Origin: Verrucomicrobiaceae bacterium
Lineage (GTDB): Bacteria > Verrucomicrobiota > Verrucomicrobiia > Verrucomicrobiales > Akkermansiaceae
Assembly (NCBI GenBank): GCA_051252135.1
Contig: JBPOGH010000008.1
Span: 172,372 to 236,371 of the forward strand
DNA length: 64,000 nucleotides
Reading direction: 5' to 3'
Shown: one piece after another, positions 10,702 through 20,237 of the stretch
Position numbering within the stretch: the first letter of the stretch is position 1
Layout of the letters: each line of letters opens with the position of its first letter
The notes under the pieces: model-generated
Seen by the model: only the letters and a program-made list of their open reading frames with translations
What the model was told of the DNA's origin: nothing
The model's database searches: none
Made by a program: the position numbers and the translations under genes

Positions 10702-11061
10702 TCAATTCCCTACCGGAGGGCTGTCAGTCAGGTCGACCGGATCACTTTTGGGTGCCATGGCCTCGGCGGCCTTGGCACGAGCTTTCGCTCCGGCATCTTT
10801 TCCAGCGGCCGCTCCTTTTGCCAATCCGTCACGGACCGACTGGGGGACAAACTCGTTGGCAAAGGCTCCGGCGAAAACGGTTCCGTAGGCGACCCCGTAG
10901 GCCAAATCGTGGAAGGCTTCGGCAAAGGCCGATTTCACGGTGGGGGCGGCCTCCTTGGCTTTCGCCGCACCGGCGGAACTGCCGGCCTTAAAGGCATCGG
11001 AAATATTTTCAAAGTGCTCCCTGGCCTGTTCTTCAGGGCTTTTTGGATGATCGTCGTTCAT
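10702..11061 (-). CDS. Hypothetical Ala-rich protein
   Basis: 119-aa ORF with protein-like composition and a downstream hairpin. Confidence 0.7.
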   Translation of the reverse strand: MNDDHPKSPEEQAREHFENISDAFKAGSSAGAAKAKEAAPTVKSAFAEAFHDLAYGVAYGTVFAGAFANEFVPQSVRDGLAKGAAAGKDAGAKARAKAAEAMAPKSDPVDLTDSPPVGN

Positions 11062-11225
11062 AATTTTAGGTCTTGGTTCACTTCATTAGACCACATTTTG
11101 GAGGAAACATTCATTATAATCCAAATCCGCGTTTGGAATGGCTGCCCGAAAAGTTTCTTTGAATGAATTCCGATTTCACTTCGTCGCACCCAACAGCACC
11201 CGGAAACCCAAAACAAAATAGAACG

Positions 11226-11621
11226 ATGAAAAAAATACTCGCACTCATCCTCGGGCTTACTGCCGGAGGTCTTACCCTTCCCACCACCGCCGAAGCGGGT
11301 TCCCTCCGTATTGGCCACGCCACCATTTCGGTGAGCGGACACCATTCCTGCGGATGTGCCATCCAGACGAAGCGCGTCTTTGTGGGATACGACTGCTACC
11401 GCCGTCCGGTCTATCGCTACTACAGTGTTCCCACGGTGCACCGTTGCAGCAGCCACCGTCAGCCAAGTCACTACAGCCATCGGAGTCATTCGACCCACAG
11501 TTCCTACTACGGAAACCAGCGCAACCCGTATCTCCGGAGCGGATCGCACTATCGTGGAAGTCGCTACTATCAGCAGCCCTCCTGCAACAGCCGCAGCCAA
11601 TACAGCGGTCGCCGGAGATAG
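11226..11621 (+). CDS. Secreted Ser/Arg/Tyr/His-rich hypothetical protein
   Basis: Signal peptide MKKILALILGLTAGG..AEA; followed by a terminator. Confidence 0.75.
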   Translation: MKKILALILGLTAGGLTLPTTAEAGSLRIGHATISVSGHHSCGCAIQTKRVFVGYDCYRRPVYRYYSVPTVHRCSSHRQPSHYSHRSHSTHSSYYGNQRNPYLRSGSHYRGSRYYQQPSCNSRSQYSGRRR

Positions 11622-11646
11622 ATCGCCTCCACCATAGCGGTAATAG

Positions 11647-11676
11647 GAGTCTACCTACGGGTAGACTCTTTTTTTT
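11647..11676 (+). terminator. Intrinsic terminator
   Basis: GAGTCTACC-tacg-GGTAGACTC-T8. Confidence 0.85.
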
Positions 11677-11699
11677 CGGACGGACACCACCCCCCAAAC

Positions 11700-12722
11700 A
11701 TGCTAGCTCAGATCATGATTCGAATCACCCTCCTCGCCTGCATTCTGACGGGCATTGCCACGGCCGCACCCCGGGCGAACGATGAGATTCTTTCCCGCCT
11801 GCAAACCCACCTCGAAGAGGGGAGCGCCATCGACCCTGTGGTCGAGAGCCTGGAATCGCTTTCCAACAACGAACTTCTTTCCCTGCTCAAGGAATACGAC
11901 AAGACGTGGCCACGGCTTCGCGACAAATACCTTTCCACCTACGAGGAGAAGGCTGAGGACAAGTATTCCGGGAGCGCCCGGAACGAGATGAAGAAAATGA
12001 TCGAGGGTTACCGCAAGGATTTCTTCCGGGTGCGTGACATGCCGGAGGGTCCGATGAAAGCAGAGATCCCCAAGGTATCCAAACCGGCCATCGAAGGACT
12101 GCGCAAACTTCTCCAGCCCAAGCCCGAAGAACTTCTGTCCACCGCGGGCCCCGAGATTCAGAAAATGCGCTCGATGGTTCTCACGCTCGCCAGCTTTCGC
12201 GACGCCATCGTGGAATCAGCAGTCATCCCTGATGCCGAAGAGGCAGTGAAATTCATCACCGAACAGGAGAAAACGATCGCCGCCACCTTGGGAGGTTTGG
12301 ATCGTGATGGACTGAAGGTGATGAAAAAGAACGACGCCATCGCGGCCAAAGTGAAACTTCCAGCAGACGAACGGGAGGGGGTTCGCGAGGTCAACGAATG
12401 GCGCATGTTACTGGGCCTCAGTGCATTGGAGATCGACCCCAAGCTCTGTGACGCCAGCCGGGGGCATTCCGAGGACATGAACAAACTGAATTTCTTTGAT
12501 CACATGTCACCGGTGCCCGGGAAGCGCACGCCCGGCGATCGCGCGTCCGCAGAGGGGACCGGATGGTCCGGCGAAAACATCTACATGGGCAACGCCGCTC
12601 CCAAAGCGGCGAACAAGGGATGGTTCTACTCGCCCGGTCACCACAAAAACATGTTCCGTGCGGGGCACAAAAAGATCGGGATGGGGCGCTACGAAAAGCA
12701 CTGGACCCAGATGTTTGGGTAG
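11700..12722 (+). CDS. Secreted CAP (SCP) domain protein
   Basis: VNEWR, HSEDM..FFDH, GENI, WFYSPGHHKNM, WTQMFG; start may be 11715. Confidence 0.9.
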   Translation: MLAQIMIRITLLACILTGIATAAPRANDEILSRLQTHLEEGSAIDPVVESLESLSNNELLSLLKEYDKTWPRLRDKYLSTYEEKAEDKYSGSARNEMKKMIEGYRKDFFRVRDMPEGPMKAEIPKVSKPAIEGLRKLLQPKPEELLSTAGPEIQKMRSMVLTLASFRDAIVESAVIPDAEEAVKFITEQEKTIAATLGGLDRDGLKVMKKNDAIAAKVKLPADEREGVREVNEWRMLLGLSALEIDPKLCDASRGHSEDMNKLNFFDHMSPVPGKRTPGDRASAEGTGWSGENIYMGNAAPKAANKGWFYSPGHHKNMFRAGHKKIGMGRYEKHWTQMFG

Positions 12723-12725
12723 GGG

Positions 12726-12999
12726 CTACCGGATGGAACAGGTGTCCTCGCACTTCCGGCCGAAGAGCCGGTTGGGCGGCTTCCTCCAGGAGGCGTAAAG
12801 ACGGTAGAGGGGATTGATCATTTTACGAAAGATTTCGTACTTCATCGGGAAGACGAGAAAGCCAAACCCGACCTCTTCGAAGGCATGGTAAACAGTTGCG
12901 GGCCCCTCGGTGAAGGTGCCGCTCCTTCCGGTCGAAGAAGCGGATCACCTTGATCTCCCTTTTGCAGAAGAGGCACGCTCCGTCGAAGTAAAGTGTCAT
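12726..12999 (-). pseudogene. Frameshifted DCC1/DUF393 thiol-disulfide oxidoreductase
   Basis: 5' frame MTLYFDGACLFCKREI..FFDRKE; the 3' half (GPATVYHAFEEVGFGFL..LYRLYASWR..CEDTCSIR*) is in another frame, junction near 12920. Confidence 0.75.
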
Positions 13000-13020
13000 G
13001 AAGGGTTATCGGTCAGTGGA

Positions 13021-13383
13021 TTACCAGAACCCGCTGTCCTCACGAGCCGCGACAGTTTGGACCCGGTGTTCGGCCATGCGGCGAATGAGGTCCTCGGGAA
13101 TAGGGTCCCGGTAGGGGATTTGGAGGCTCCCCTGGGTGGTCTTAAAATCCTGAAGTTCGTCACGAAATACCTCCAGGGCCCCGGCATTGGGGGTGAAGTT
13201 GAGATGAGCCTTGTGGGCGGAGAAGGCGAACAGAAAACGGGGTTCGATGAAGAAGGGGGTGTTCCATTTCATGACCTGTTCGGCGTCCGGAGCAACGCCG
13301 GTGAGAATCGCGAGGAGTTGCCGGAGGTGGGCCTGACCTTCTTCGGGCGCGTCCTGAATGTATTCTTCGATGGTGGAGGACAT
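13021..13383 (-). CDS. DUF1801 / YdhG-like protein
   Basis: MSSTIEEYI..MKWNTPFF..FAFSAHKAHL..LQIPY; this is only the 3' part of the listed 444-aa ORF. Confidence 0.85.
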   Translation of the reverse strand: MSSTIEEYIQDAPEEGQAHLRQLLAILTGVAPDAEQVMKWNTPFFIEPRFLFAFSAHKAHLNFTPNAGALEVFRDELQDFKTTQGSLQIPYRDPIPEDLIRRMAEHRVQTVAAREDSGFW

Positions 13384-13402
13384 GGGAAGGATGGGTAAAT
13401 TC

Positions 13403-14440
13403 CTAACGTTCCAGCGGGCGGGGGCCGTTGCGGTCGAGGATGCCGCGGAGGCGGAGGTCGGGGCCGATTTGGGTGAGGGTGGTGTTTTTGAGGGACTGCC
13501 GTTCTTCGAGGTTCGCGGCGCCTTCGCCACCGATGGCGGGGGTGGGGCCGCCGGTGACGAGGGGGGCGTAGTAGATGACAAATTCATCGATGAGGCCTTC
13601 GTCGAGAAAGGACCCCATGAGGTTGCCGCCGGACTCGAGGAGGACGGTGTTGATTCCATCGTCAGCCAATGTACGAAGAACTTCCGAGATGGGAAGGTTC
13701 TGAAAGAGGCGGGTGGGGTGGTCGTCGTGGAAGATTTGGTAGGCCGATTGATCGATCTCCGATCGGGTGAGGATGACGCGGAGGGGCTGTTTCTTGCGCG
13801 GGGAAATGGCGGGGCTGCGGAGGGTGAGGGACGGGTTATCGCGGCGGACGGTTTCGCCGGAGGTGATGATGGCGTCGACCTCGGCGCGGAGGAGTTGGAC
13901 GTCCTCGCGGGCTTCGGGGCCGGTAAGCCATTGGCCTTCGCCGGGAGGGCGGGTGATTTTGCCATCGAGAGACATGGCGGTTTTGGCGATGACCCAGGGG
14001 CGGTTTTGGGTTTGGACCATGGCGAAGCCGCGGATGAGGTGGTGGCATTCTTCTTCGAGGAGGCCGGAGGAGACGTCGATCCCGGCGGCGCGGAGGACGT
14101 CATCGGCCCGGCCGACGTGGTGCGGGTTGGGGTCGGGGATGGCGTAGACGACGCGGGTGATGCCGGCGGTGATGAGGGCATCGGTGCACGCTCCGGTATT
14201 TCCGTGACTGCTGCAGGGTTCGAGGGTGACGTAGGCGGTGGCGCCCTTGGCATCATCAACCTTTGAGAGGGCGTCGCGTTCGGCGTGGTTGGTGCCGGCT
14301 TGTTGGTGCCAGCCGCGAGCGAGTTCCCGACCATCGCGCACCAAGACACAGCCAACCGCCGGGTTGGGCGAGGTGAGACCGATGCCTTGCTTTGCCTCCT
14401 CGAGGGCGAGGGTCATCCAATGGAGGTCGTCGGTGCTCAT
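13403..14440 (-). CDS. ribD: Riboflavin biosynthesis deaminase/reductase RibD
   Basis: PNPAVG, HAE, VTLEPCSSHG..C, AMSLDGKI, LESGG. Confidence 0.97.
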   Translation of the reverse strand: MSTDDLHWMTLALEEAKQGIGLTSPNPAVGCVLVRDGRELARGWHQQAGTNHAERDALSKVDDAKGATAYVTLEPCSSHGNTGACTDALITAGITRVVYAIPDPNPHHVGRADDVLRAAGIDVSSGLLEEECHHLIRGFAMVQTQNRPWVIAKTAMSLDGKITRPPGEGQWLTGPEAREDVQLLRAEVDAIITSGETVRRDNPSLTLRSPAISPRKKQPLRVILTRSEIDQSAYQIFHDDHPTRLFQNLPISEVLRTLADDGINTVLLESGGNLMGSFLDEGLIDEFVIYYAPLVTGGPTPAIGGEGAANLEERQSLKNTTLTQIGPDLRLRGILDRNGPRPLER

Positions 14441-14480
14441 TTGGTGAAAAAGGCGGGTCGGTTAGCTGAAGGTGCGATCG

Positions 14481-14867
14481 CTACTTCCGCTTCGGGTGTT
14501 TTATATATCTGACTCCCGGCAGGCCTTCTAAATCTGCATCCTGGGTGAATAAGTCTGCACGGTGTCTGATCGCGGTGGTGTAAATGATGCCGTCAGCAAG
14601 TGGCAGGCGATGCCGATGACTTAATTCAGCGGCTAAAACCGACAATTGATCATCAAGCGCCACGACTTTGCCCTGCTTCATAGCTGTCACCGCTGCGAGA
14701 GCGTCAGACTCGGTTGCTTCTCTGAGCATCCAACGATAAACCTCGGTCAAGGTGATCGAAGGAACAAGGAGCTCCGCCGTATTTTGGATTGCAGCAGCAA
14801 AGTGGTCGGCATTTTCCCCGCCTGTGAAATATTCGATCCAGCCTGAAGAATCGACTATGGCAGGCAT
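14481..14867 (-). CDS. vapC: PIN-domain toxin, VapC family
   Basis: VDSSGWIEYF, EV, LADGII, TQDAD; overlaps the antitoxin gene. Confidence 0.92.
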   Translation of the reverse strand: MPAIVDSSGWIEYFTGGENADHFAAAIQNTAELLVPSITLTEVYRWMLREATESDALAAVTAMKQGKVVALDDQLSVLAAELSHRHRLPLADGIIYTTAIRHRADLFTQDADLEGLPGVRYIKHPKRK

Positions 14868-15067
14868 CGGTCTTCCTCCCTTTCAAAGGTATTTTTCACT
14901 CCTTTTAGGAAGCCCTTGAGAGCACTCGCAGGGCGGATGGGGACCAGTTCAATTCTGCCATCCAGTTCAATGACTTCAATCTTGTCACCTGGCGAGAGGG
15001 CGTAGTGATCCCTGACAGCCTTGGGAATGACCACCTGATATTTGGGAGATATTGTGACCGCTGACAT
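14855..15067 (-). CDS. vapB: AbrB/MazE-type antitoxin
   Basis: TISPKYQVVIPKAVR..LSPGD swapped-hairpin motif; upstream of the PIN gene. Confidence 0.9.
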   Translation of the reverse strand: MSAVTISPKYQVVIPKAVRDHYALSPGDKIEVIELDGRIELVPIRPASALKGFLKGVKNTFEREEDRCLP

Positions 15068-15104
15068 ATCGATGAGCCCAAGGTATTACGATACCCTTAT
15101 CGAT
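15068..15104. promoter_or_regulatory. Candidate toxin-antitoxin autoregulatory operator
   Basis: ATCGAT..GGTAT-tacg-ATACC..ATCGAT imperfect palindrome directly upstream of the antitoxin ATG. Confidence 0.55.
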
Positions 15105-15133
15105 GCAAACTGTTTTCCGTCACCCTTTCCTCA

Positions 15134-15272
15134 TGGGAACGTTTAGGAGCTGGCGACCCATACCGCATGGTGCCGAACAAGTTCCGATTGCCAGAAACTA
15201 TCCGCCGAATCTCTCGACTCAATCTCAACTTTCAGCGCGGTATGTGGTCGCTAAGCTTCCGCTTGTTCTACC
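15134..15272 (-). mobile_element. attC-like site of a lone gene cassette
   Basis: Minus strand GGTAGAAC-aagcggaagcttagcgaccacataccgc ... gcggtatgggtcgccagctcctaaac-GTT; imperfect palindrome. Confidence 0.75.
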
Positions 15273-15696
15273 TCTTTTTATATTCGGCGTAATAGTTATC
15301 TTTCCCACTGATGGTGTAGCGCAAAATCAGTCGCCCTAGCCGCCGCTTGCACGAGAGATGCTGCGATTGAAACTCCACTGCCCAAATGCCACTTGGTGTC
15401 ATCGAGGGGTCTGTAAGATCCCATGTGCCATCAATATCGATCAACTGATATGGCGACCGCTGAGGAAAATTCAAAGCAGACAAGCTTCCATCCTCACGAA
15501 TCGAAATTCTGCTTATTAGATCCTCAATTTTTCCGTTCATTTGACGAACAAAACCACGGGGTAAATCCGCGCACTCCCATTCGCCAATAATCTCGCTCCT
15601 TTCTGGCTCAGATCCGACCGGCCAACTGCCAAAAAATAAAAGCGCGACGATGAGTAGCGCGAACGCAATCGAACCGAGCGCGATCAATCTCTTCAT
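15268..15696 (-). CDS. Cassette-borne hypothetical exported protein
   Basis: 142 aa, N-terminal hydrophobic segment, lower GC; bounded by GTTCTACC and GGTAGAAC on the minus strand. Confidence 0.8.
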   Translation of the reverse strand: MKRLIALGSIAFALLIVALLFFGSWPVGSEPERSEIIGEWECADLPRGFVRQMNGKIEDLISRISIREDGSLSALNFPQRSPYQLIDIDGTWDLTDPSMTPSGIWAVEFQSQHLSCKRRLGRLILRYTISGKDNYYAEYKKR

Positions 15697-16188
15697 TTCT
15701 GGTAGAACAGTTTTATTAGTTCACTGGAATCCTGATCTACCTACTCGTTTGGAAAAGGAAAAAAGGACGGGGGATCAACGTCGCTTCTTTGAATCAATGG
15801 GTTACAGATTCTGTTAATTGTTACTGAATGAAAAGATATCGAGACCTTCTTTAGTTCTTTGGGAGTCTGGTATTCGGTCGTCGGTTTACTTAGAATCTTA
15901 AATACGAGGTTATTCCTTGAATCTTAGAGGTTTAGGGGTTTTCGGGGCTTTAGGGATGCGGAGCAAGTCTGTGAATAGGTGGGTAGGAAATGGGTCGAAG
16001 TTTCCCAATTCCCAACGATGTGCTCATTGCCGGTCGTTCTTACCATTCGGTTTCGCAGGTTATTCGTCCGGTGGAACACCGGTAGTGACGGGGTGGAACA
16101 GGGATTTGGGCGAGTTATTCTTCCCTAGAAGAAGAAGAAGATAGTTTAAATGACCCTCTCATCACCTCTGGGAGATGGGAACAAGGGG

Positions 16189-16286
16189 TGAACGTTGAAC
16201 AGTGAACGTCCAACTCTGAAGGTTGAAATGCTTGGGGGAGGGGGATGAAATTTGAAATTTGAACACGAACAGTGAGATTTGAACGA
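16189..16286 (+). repeat. Degenerate heptamer tandem repeats
   Basis: TGAACGT-TGAACAG-TGAACGT and TGAAATT-TGAAATT-TGAACAC..TGAGATT-TGAACGA. Confidence 0.6.
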
Positions 16287-16315
16287 CTTGGTTGGGGGGG
16301 GCCTGGTTGAGGGGG

Positions 16316-18172
16316 CTAGTCGTTGAACATGGAGACGTTCTCGGCGAGGGTGCCCATGCGGAGTTCGTTGGTGCTGGATTTTTCTTTGAGGTGTTTGTCG
16401 AACCAGGTCTTGGGGATGGCTTTGGTTTCGCGGATTTGCATGAGGGTGTTGATGATCATGGCTTCGTTGGTGACGGAGAGGCCGGCGTCGAGCCCGGTGA
16501 TGAGGGCCTGGACGGCGGATTGTTTGTGGCCGATGTTGTGGAGGGCGATGGCGGCCTGGGCGCGGATGAGGGGGACGGGGTCTTTGAGTCCGGCGACGAT
16601 GACTTTTTCGCTGGAGGCGGCTTTTTGGCCGAGGGTGACGAGGCCGCTGTAGGCCCAGAAGCGGGCGAGGGGGCTTTTGTGGGTGGCGGCTTGTTCGAGG
16701 GCGGGTTGGCCATCGGGATCGCCTGAGGAGGCGATGAAGGCGAGGTTGAGGAGGTTGCGGCAGTCTTCTTCCGAAGCGGCGGCGGCGGTCTCCATGATGG
16801 TCTTGTCGCCGCGGACTTCGTCGAAGAGGGGTTCGGGGATGAGGCCGGTATCGCGGATGGTGAGCATGTGGCCGAGGAGTTTGTCGCGCAGGGAGGCGAG
16901 GCGCCCGGCGTGGGCGGGATCGGCGGCGAGGTTGTTGATTTCCCAGGGATCGGCCTGGGTGTCGTAGAGTTCCTCGGAGGGTTGGTTGTTTTCCCAGAGG
17001 GAGGCGTGGACGCCGGTGAGTTTTCCTTCTTTCCAGGCGTTGCGCCAGGCGGGCCAGGAGGCCATTTGGAATTGGTAGAAGGAGTAGGGGGCGGCCCAGG
17101 TGTGGGGGGTGAAGTGGCGGACGTACTTGTAGCGGTCGGTGGCGATGCCGCGGCGGAGGCCGTAGATTTCATCGAAGCGGTCGGCAAAGAGGAAGGCGTA
17201 GGGTTCTTTGGCGGGTTCTTCGCGGTTGGGGCCGAGGAAGGGGCGGCCTTGCATGTTGGGGTCGTCCTTTAGGCCGACGAGGGAGAGGAGGGTGGGGGCG
17301 AGATCGACGAAGGAGACGATTTCGTTGCTAACGGTTCCGTTTTGGAAGGTGCTGAGGTGTTTCCACTTTTCGGGGACGTGGATGATCATGGGGATGCGGA
17401 CTCCGGTATCGTGGAGGTAGCGCTTGCCGCGGGGGGTGGGGCCTCCGTGGTCGCCGTAGTAGAAGATGATGGTGTTGTCTGCGAGGCCGTCCTTTTTGAG
17501 CTTGGCAAGAATGTCGCCGATCTGGGTGTCGAGGGCGGTCATGGTGTCGTGGTAGACGGCGAAGTCATGGCGCATCTCGGGGAGGTCGGGGAGGTAGGGC
17601 GGGAGCTTGAGGGTGGCGGGATCGAGGCGGGGGGTTTGGGGGATGAGGCCTTTTTTGCGGTTGGCGGCGATCTTACCGGGGAAGAGGTTGGACTCGTGGG
17701 AGATGGTGAGGTTGAAGATGGAGAAGAAGGGTTTTCCTTCGGGGCGTTTGTTGTAGTGGGCTTTGGGGGAGCAGTCGTCCCAGAGTTTCTTATCGTTGCC
17801 CTCGAAGTTGTAGTCGGTCTTGGAGGCGTTGGAGGTGTAGTAGCCGGCCTTGCGGAGGTGGGTGACGTAGGGGGTGAGGTGGGAGGGGATGGGGTGGCGG
17901 CTGCGCATGTGCTGGGTGCCCATGGTGGGGGAGGAGATGCCCATGAGGATGGTGGCGCGGGCGACGGCGCAGACGGGTGCGTTGGAGTAGGCGTGGGTGA
18001 AGCGGGTGCTGCGAGCGGCGAGGGCGTCGAGATTGGGCGTTTGGGCTTCGTCATTTCCGTAGCAGCCGAGCCAGTGGGAGGCGTTATCTTCGCTGACGAT
18101 CCAGAGGATGTTGGGTTTATCGGCGGCGAGCGCGAGGGTGGGGAGCAGGAGGATGAGGAGGAAACGGATCAT
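16316..18172 (-). CDS. Secreted sulfatase with C-terminal HEAT-like repeats
   Basis: PNILWIVSED, CAVAR formylglycine motif, YGDHG, ELYD..DPWEINNLA. Confidence 0.93.
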   Translation of the reverse strand: MIRFLLILLLPTLALAADKPNILWIVSEDNASHWLGCYGNDEAQTPNLDALAARSTRFTHAYSNAPVCAVARATILMGISSPTMGTQHMRSRHPIPSHLTPYVTHLRKAGYYTSNASKTDYNFEGNDKKLWDDCSPKAHYNKRPEGKPFFSIFNLTISHESNLFPGKIAANRKKGLIPQTPRLDPATLKLPPYLPDLPEMRHDFAVYHDTMTALDTQIGDILAKLKKDGLADNTIIFYYGDHGGPTPRGKRYLHDTGVRIPMIIHVPEKWKHLSTFQNGTVSNEIVSFVDLAPTLLSLVGLKDDPNMQGRPFLGPNREEPAKEPYAFLFADRFDEIYGLRRGIATDRYKYVRHFTPHTWAAPYSFYQFQMASWPAWRNAWKEGKLTGVHASLWENNQPSEELYDTQADPWEINNLAADPAHAGRLASLRDKLLGHMLTIRDTGLIPEPLFDEVRGDKTIMETAAAASEEDCRNLLNLAFIASSGDPDGQPALEQAATHKSPLARFWAYSGLVTLGQKAASSEKVIVAGLKDPVPLIRAQAAIALHNIGHKQSAVQALITGLDAGLSVTNEAMIINTLMQIRETKAIPKTWFDKHLKEKSSTNELRMGTLAENVSMFND

Positions 18173-18268
18173 GGTGTTGGAAAATGTGTCGGGGAGAGTG
18201 GAATTTGAAACGTAAAATGCGATGAGACGCTTTCAACCGGGGTGAATTATTGAGGGGAAGTGGCGGGC

Positions 18269-18457
18269 TCAATCATCGTCATGGCCGCCGGAGACGGCGT
18301 CGATTCCGGTTTCGGCGGCCATCCCGGCGATTCCGAGGGTGGTGGCGGCGGTCTTCCCCACGATTTTGATCGGGGTGGTGACGAGGGAACATGAGGCGAG
18401 TAGGAAAAAGAGGGAACCGCAGGAAAGCAGGAGTGGCATTTTTGGAAGGTGGTTCAA
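18269..18457 (-). CDS. Small lipoprotein
   Basis: LLASC-SLVTTPIKIVGK; start uncertain. Confidence 0.65.
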   Translation of the reverse strand: MNHLPKMPLLLSCGSLFFLLASCSLVTTPIKIVGKTAATTLGIAGMAAETGIDAVSGGHDDD

Positions 18458-18470
18458 AACGGACCGTTAA

Positions 18471-19202
18471 TCAAGGGGAGGTATTGGTGGTGGGGAGGAG
18501 TTTTGAGCGGAGCGCGGAGATCCAGATTTGGTAGCCGGCGGGATTGAGGTGGAGGCCGTCGCCGAGGTGGAGGTGGGGGAGGAGGAGGCCATTTTGGTCG
18601 GTAAATTGAGGTGAGGGCGGGAGAAATCCGGTGTGTGGGGTGGCGTCGGCGAAGGTGGCGAGCTGTTGGTTGAGGGTGGTGATTCTGGAGGTGGAAATTT
18701 TGAACGGGTGTCCGGGGGCGGAGGGATCGAGGGGGAGGATGCCGCTGATGAGGACGGGGGTGTTTGGGGGGAGGGAGGCGCGGATGGTTTTGATATTTTG
18801 GAGGGTGGCGGCGTCCTCGCGGTGGTGCATGTCATTGATGCCGATGGCGAGGACGATGGTTTTTGCGCGTGCTAGGGAGGGGTAGTGCGGGAGGCGGTCG
18901 AGGAGGCCGGAGGTGGTGTCGCCTCCGATGCCGTAGTTGACGGCGAGGGGGGTGACGGCGGAGACGCAGAGGCCCTGGGTGATGCTATCGCCAAGGAAGA
19001 TGGTGGCTTGGTCGGGGATGGCGGGGTCCATTTGGCGATGGTAGGAGACCATGCGCTGGTAGTGGGCGGCGTGGGGGTTTGGGTGTTCGCCGGTGAGTTT
19101 TGATTTGAGGCGCGGGAGGAAGTCGCTCTTCCAGAGGACGAGGGCGAGGAGGAGGTGGTTGATGACGAGGTATCCGGCGAGGGTTCGGTGGCGGCGACTC
19201 AT
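18471..19202 (-). CDS. SGNH/GDSL hydrolase
   Basis: FLGDSIT, NYGIGGD, IGIND, DGLHLN. Confidence 0.92.
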   Translation of the reverse strand: MSRRHRTLAGYLVINHLLLALVLWKSDFLPRLKSKLTGEHPNPHAAHYQRMVSYHRQMDPAIPDQATIFLGDSITQGLCVSAVTPLAVNYGIGGDTTSGLLDRLPHYPSLARAKTIVLAIGINDMHHREDAATLQNIKTIRASLPPNTPVLISGILPLDPSAPGHPFKISTSRITTLNQQLATFADATPHTGFLPPSPQFTDQNGLLLPHLHLGDGLHLNPAGYQIWISALRSKLLPTTNTSP

Positions 19203-19340
19203 GGGGAGGATCAGGCTGATGATTTTGAACCCCGGAGGTTTGCCGATCATCACAGGCCCGAACAGCATTGATTTGGGTGAGGGTGGTTTCCCGGGGGGTG
19301 GAGGCGGGGAGGGTTTTGAAAAAGAAGGGGCATTATTTTT

Positions 19341-19365
19341 GTCCGGCCTTGCAAGGGCTTCCCAA
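19341..19365 (+). promoter_or_regulatory. Putative ECF promoter motif, copy 1
   Basis: GTCCG-gccttgcaaggg-CTTCCCAA upstream of 19439. Confidence 0.7.
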
Positions 19366-19438
19366 TCCAAGGGTGACAGGACGGGGATTGGTGAACGATC
19401 CCTGCTGACTCAAAACAACAAAGCAAAAAACAAGTACG

Positions 19439-20140
19439 ATGAAAACAGTAGTTACAATGATGGCGGCCTCGGTCGTGACAATCCAGGCAGCAGTTCTTAC
19501 CGGAACGGGGACCCATTTACCGCTTCCTCCGATTCCCCATGACACGGGATACAATCATGAAGCCCCTACGATCACGACGGTGTCGGGAGGATATACCGCA
19601 ACCTGGAGTTCCGCGGTAGAGGCAGCGTGGCAGGGGACTTTTTCCGGAACGGGAAGCCATCCCACCAGTGGCACTTCAGCAAACACGACGATGGATTTTT
19701 CCGGGTTACCGACCAACGTGTTGCCGATCGGTTCCCTGCTTTGGTTTGGCGATCTGGACAGTTCTTCAAATACGGTGACCCTTCGCGCCTTCGATGAGTT
19801 CGGGAACCTGATGAACGAATGGCTGAATGAGACGTCTGCAGTCTACGGGGTGGGACGGGGCCCGGGCAATAGCATCGTGCTGGAAGACCTTCCGGGATGG
19901 TCCTGGGATGCCGGAAGCAGCAGTTATTTCATTGATGGGGGCACGGTCACCGGGTTCAACCCTACGGTAAATGTCTATCTGGAAAGCAATCAGGCGATCA
20001 CTTCGCTGGAAGTGCAGAAGCCGGGAACCTCTTACAACTTTGGCGTTCGCGCTCCGTTATCGGTTCCGGAGCCGAGTTCGGTGCTGTTGTCGGGGATGGG
20101 GCTTGCCTTGGGAGTGATGCGCCGGAAGCGTGTTTCATGA
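19439..20140 (+). CDS. PEP-CTERM protein
   Basis: Signal peptide; ends VPEPSSVLLSGMGLALGVMRRKR. Confidence 0.93.
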   Translation: MKTVVTMMAASVVTIQAAVLTGTGTHLPLPPIPHDTGYNHEAPTITTVSGGYTATWSSAVEAAWQGTFSGTGSHPTSGTSANTTMDFSGLPTNVLPIGSLLWFGDLDSSSNTVTLRAFDEFGNLMNEWLNETSAVYGVGRGPGNSIVLEDLPGWSWDAGSSSYFIDGGTVTGFNPTVNVYLESNQAITSLEVQKPGTSYNFGVRAPLSVPEPSSVLLSGMGLALGVMRRKRVS

Positions 20141-20237
20141 CCGGTGGAGCGACAGAAAAGACGGGAAGGTCACTTTTGTAAAAGGTGATCTTTTCATCGT
20201 GTTTTGAGATGGCATTAATACGGCGCTTGCGAGGAGT

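Noticed and set aside
13384..14355. N-terminal 320 aa of the listed 444-aa ORF 13021-14355
   Set aside because: Pro/Ser-rich alternative frame over ribD; only 13021-13383 looks like a real protein
14481..15133. vapBC as a second integron cassette
   Set aside because: It follows the attC, but I found no complementary R'' box or attC palindrome after vapC
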